Shown in pieces: positions 53,114 to 56,227 of a DNA stretch of 56,227 nucleotides. The translations under genes and the position numbers were made by a program. The DNA is taken from the NCBI GenBank assembly GCA_963755025.1, contig CAVWIH010000029.1, positions 1 to 56,227 of the forward strand, given 5' to 3'. The notes beneath the pieces were generated by a model. It worked only from the letters and a program-made list of their open reading frames with translations. It was not told the DNA's origin and made no database searches. How positions within the stretch are numbered: the first letter of the stretch is position 1; each line of letters starts with the position of its first letter. This DNA is from an uncultured Actinomycetes bacterium (GTDB lineage: Bacteria; Actinomycetota; Thermoleophilia; UBA2241).

Positions 53114-55269
53114 ATGAAGCGCCACGCACTGGCGAACAAGCATCTCTGGAGCATCGCCGCAGCGATCCTCCTGGTCACCTTCGCAGTACCGGCACTCGCA
53201 TTCGCCGCCGGTTCCCGGCACCACAGCCCGAAGCCGTCCGCGTCGGTCGGCTCGACCGCGGCGTCCACGGTGAACTCCACGCTGCCGGCGACCTCGGCGG
53301 TGAAGTCCACCCTGACCGCCGCGGTGAAGCCGACCGCCGCGACCGCGGTGACCCCGGCCACCCTAGCGCTGCGGTGACCCCCGCCGCCGCGACCGCGACG
53401 ACCACGGTCACCGGCCAGACCTTCAACACCTACACCATCCCCGCCGGCACCCACGACGTGGACTACGTCGACTGCACCTTCAACGGCGGTAACGCAAGCA
53501 CAGCCGTGCTCACCCTGAACCAGACCTGCTACGACCTCACCTTCACCGACTGCACGGTCGGCTCGGGCCCCTGGAACGGCGTCACCATCAACGTCACAAA
53601 CGGCAACATCCACGACATCACCTTCACCGGCTGCCACATCCTGGCGGCGGGGCGCATGGGCATCGAGTGCACGCAGCGTCCGGCCTCCAACACCGTGGGC
53701 TACAAGGACATGAAGTTCATCAACGATACGATCGAGCCCTCAGCCGAAGAGGCGATGAGCTTCGACGGCGGCTACTTCGCCGCCAACAGCCTGATCGACG
53801 GCTGCACGATCAACGGCTCCGACAACCAGGCAAACCCGGCCTACTCGGGCGCCATCGAGATCAACGGCCCGACCTACTTCACGGTGCAGAACACGACGAT
53901 CTACGCCTGCCGCAAGAACGCCTTCAACCTCGAAGGTCCGGCCGGCGCCAACGGTCACCTCGTCTTTGCAAACGACACGGTCGACTACTCCGTGCAGAAG
54001 GAGAGCCAGCCCACCGACGCCTCCACGGCGCGCCTCACCGAGCTGCAGAACGTCAACGACGCGGTCTTCAGCAACTGCAAGTTCGTCATGGGCCACGCCT
54101 GGAACGCGGGCTACTGGACGAGCTCCTCGGGCAACGACCTCTCGACCTCGACCCTGACGGGCTCGGGTAACGGCGGCAGCGGCTTCACGCTCGACTCCGC
54201 CAGCACCGGCAACAAGCTGCCGCACGCCCCTTCGGCGACCCCGACCAAGAGCACGACCCCCACGCCCACGCCCACCCCGACCAAGAGCACGACCCCCACG
54301 CCCACCCCGACCCCGACCGTGACGCCCACGCCGACCGCGACCCCGACCAAGAGCACGACCCCCACGCCCACCCCGACCCCGACCGTGACTCCCACGCCCA
54401 CCCCGACCACGACCCCCACGCCGGTCTCCGGCGACGCCACGGTCACCGGCCAGACCTTCAACACCTACACCATCCCCGCCGGCACCCACGACGTGGACTA
54501 CGTCGACTGCACCTTCAACGGCGGTAACGCAAGCACAGCCGTGCTCACCCTGAACCAGACCTGCTACGACCTCACCTTCACCGACTGCACGGTCGGCTCG
54601 GGCCCCTGGAACGGCGTCACCATCAACGTCACAAACGGCAACATCCACGACATCACCTTCACCGGCTGCCACATCCTGGCGGCGGGGCGCATGGGCATCG
54701 AGTGCACGCAGCGTCCGGCCTCCAACACCGTGGGCTACAAGGACATGAAGTTCATCAACGACGTGATCGAGCCCTCAGCCGAAGAGGCGATGAGCTTCGA
54801 CGGCGGCTACTTCGCCGCCGACAGCCTGATCGACGGCTGCACGATCAACGGCTCCGACAACCAGGCAAACCCGGCCTACTCGGGCGCCATCGAGATCAAC
54901 GGCCCGACCTACTTCACGGTGCAGAACACGACGATCTACGCCTGCCGCAAGAACGCCTTCAACCTCGAAGGTCCGGCCGGCGCCAACGGTCACCTCGTCT
55001 TTGCAAACGACACGGTCGACTACTCCGTGCAGAAGGAGAGCCAGCCCACCGACGCCTCCACGGCGCGCCTCACCGAGCTGCAGAACGTCAACGACGCGGT
55101 CTTCAGCAACTGCAAGTTCGTCATGGGCCACGCCTGGAACGCGGGCTACTGGACGAGCTCCTCGGGCAACGACCTCTCGACCTCGACCCTGACGGGCTCG
55201 GGTAACGGCGGCAGCGGCTTCACGCTCGACTCCGCCAGCACCGGCAACAAGCTGCCGCAGAGCAAGTAA
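53114..55269 (+). CDS. Secreted protein with two right-handed beta-helix (pectin-lyase-like) domains and a PT linker (frameshift ~53365)
   Basis: Signal peptide MKRH...ALAFA in 53114-53377 joins the 753-aa frame; repeating (I/L)TFTDCT / IDGCTING / VQNTTI pattern; (TP)n linker. Confidence 0.78.
53402..55259 (+). repeat. 823-nt direct repeat, 53402-54224 and 54437-55259
   Basis: Offset 1035 nt; only differences I could see are GATACG/GACGTG and AAC/GAC. Confidence 0.95.
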
Positions 55270-55311
55270 CAGCACTCCACAAGGCAGCGAGCTGTCCCAG
55301 GGCAGCGAGAC

Positions 55312-55354
55312 GCGGCGGGGCGGGCCACCTGACGGTGGCCCGCCCCGCCGCTTT
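55312..55354 (+). terminator. Intrinsic terminator
   Basis: GCGGCGGGGCGGGCCACC-TGAC-GGTGGCCCGCCCCGCCGC-TTT, 43 nt after the stop. Confidence 0.8.
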
Positions 55355-55439
55355 ACGTGCCCGTCCGGCCGAGCCCGCTGCCCTTTCCGCGACCAACCTT
55401 GTACTATGTGGCTACTATCGTGCAGGTCTTGGGGGGGTC

Positions 55440-56227
55440 ATGAGACGGATTCGGTCGCGGGCATCGTCGTTGTCGCAGTGGCTTGCCTGGGGGGCGTCGT
55501 CGCCGGTTCCGCTCACGCCTACGTGCCCGACGGCACTCAAGGTTGGTACTGGCAGATGCCGCAGCCCGCGGCCGGTCTGGCCGACGTCACCTTCGCCGAC
55601 GCCGGCGACGCCTGGGCGGTGGGGGCCGGCGGGTCATCCTGCACAGCACCGACGCCGGCCAGACCTGGGCGGCCCAGCAGTCCGGCACCGTCGACGACCT
55701 CGATTCGGTGAGCTTCGCCGACGCCCAGCACCGGCTGGGCCTCCGGCGCGTCGACCTGGAACGACCTCGGGCAAAACGTCGTCCTCGCCACCACCGACGG
55801 CGGCGCAACCTGGGTCGACCGCACCCCCAGCGGCCTCACCCGGACCCTGACCAACGTCAGCTTCGTCGACGACCAGAACGGCTCGGCGGGCACGACGAGC
55901 GGCTATGCGGCGCATACGACCGACGCCGGCCTCACCTGGACCACGAGGCGTGTCGGGACTGCTAAGGGCGCGCCGCCGTCGACTTCGTGAGCGCCTCAAG
56001 AGGCTGGGCCACAGAGGATGGCGACATCGTGTGGCGCACGACCAACGGCGGGGCGACCTGGTCGATCGTGCATCGCTTCGACACTCAAGGGTTCGTCGAC
56101 TTCACCGACTCGAGTCACGGCTGGGCTGCGCTGGGGACCTATGGCAACGAGAGTGTATCGTTCTCCTCTCTCGCTACCAGCGACGGCGGCGTCCACTGGC
56201 GCGTCATGCGCGCCGCATCGCCGACGC
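55440..56227 (+). CDS. Secreted YCF48/BNR (Asp-box) beta-propeller protein, frameshifted, runs off the window
   Basis: Signal-like ...GSAHA; repeats HSTDAGQTW, ATTDGGATW, TTDAGLTW, RTTNGGATW, TSDGGVHW across frames. Confidence 0.8.

Noticed and set aside
54232-54422. Repeat array as a non-coding element
   Set aside because: It encodes an ordinary Pro/Thr linker.
53402-55259. DGR template/variable repeat pair
   Set aside because: Repeats are 823 nt, both coding, with very few differences, and there is no reverse transcriptase in the window.

Overview
High-GC, actinobacterial-looking window from an indel-rich assembly. The first ~730 nt are chimeric: an FG-GAP/ASPIC-type gene fragment abuts the 5' end of cysK, both lower in GC than the rest. 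Positions 732-27203 form one large fold-back centred near 13978, inside a class-III aminotransferase gene. The inner ~10 kb of the arms are near-identical, but the outer ~3.3 kb are clearly diverged, so this is probably an assembly chimera of two related loci. The duplicated unit is an uncharacterised catabolic cluster: class-III aminotransferase, cupin, two FGGY kinases, two GntR/UTRA regulators with visible operators, APC permease, AraM/EgsA-like dehydrogenase, HAD-IIA phosphatase, an orphan TIM barrel and GlpD. The unique part holds an AAA ATPase behind a 16-bp inverted repeat, a sphingosine-1-phosphate-lyase-like/FGGY/ALDH/MFS cluster, stress genes, an RpoD-like sigma factor lacking most of region 3 divergent from dinB, a racemase/amidinotransferase plus ABC/SIS/PfkB (fructosamine-like) locus, and an ADP-ribosylglycohydrolase. 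Near the end, two tandem copies of a promoter-like motif plus a structured leader with a switchable Shine-Dalgarno hairpin precede a secreted protein with a duplicated beta-helix domain, followed by a YCF48/BNR-repeat gene. All calls come from reading motifs by eye; no searches were run.
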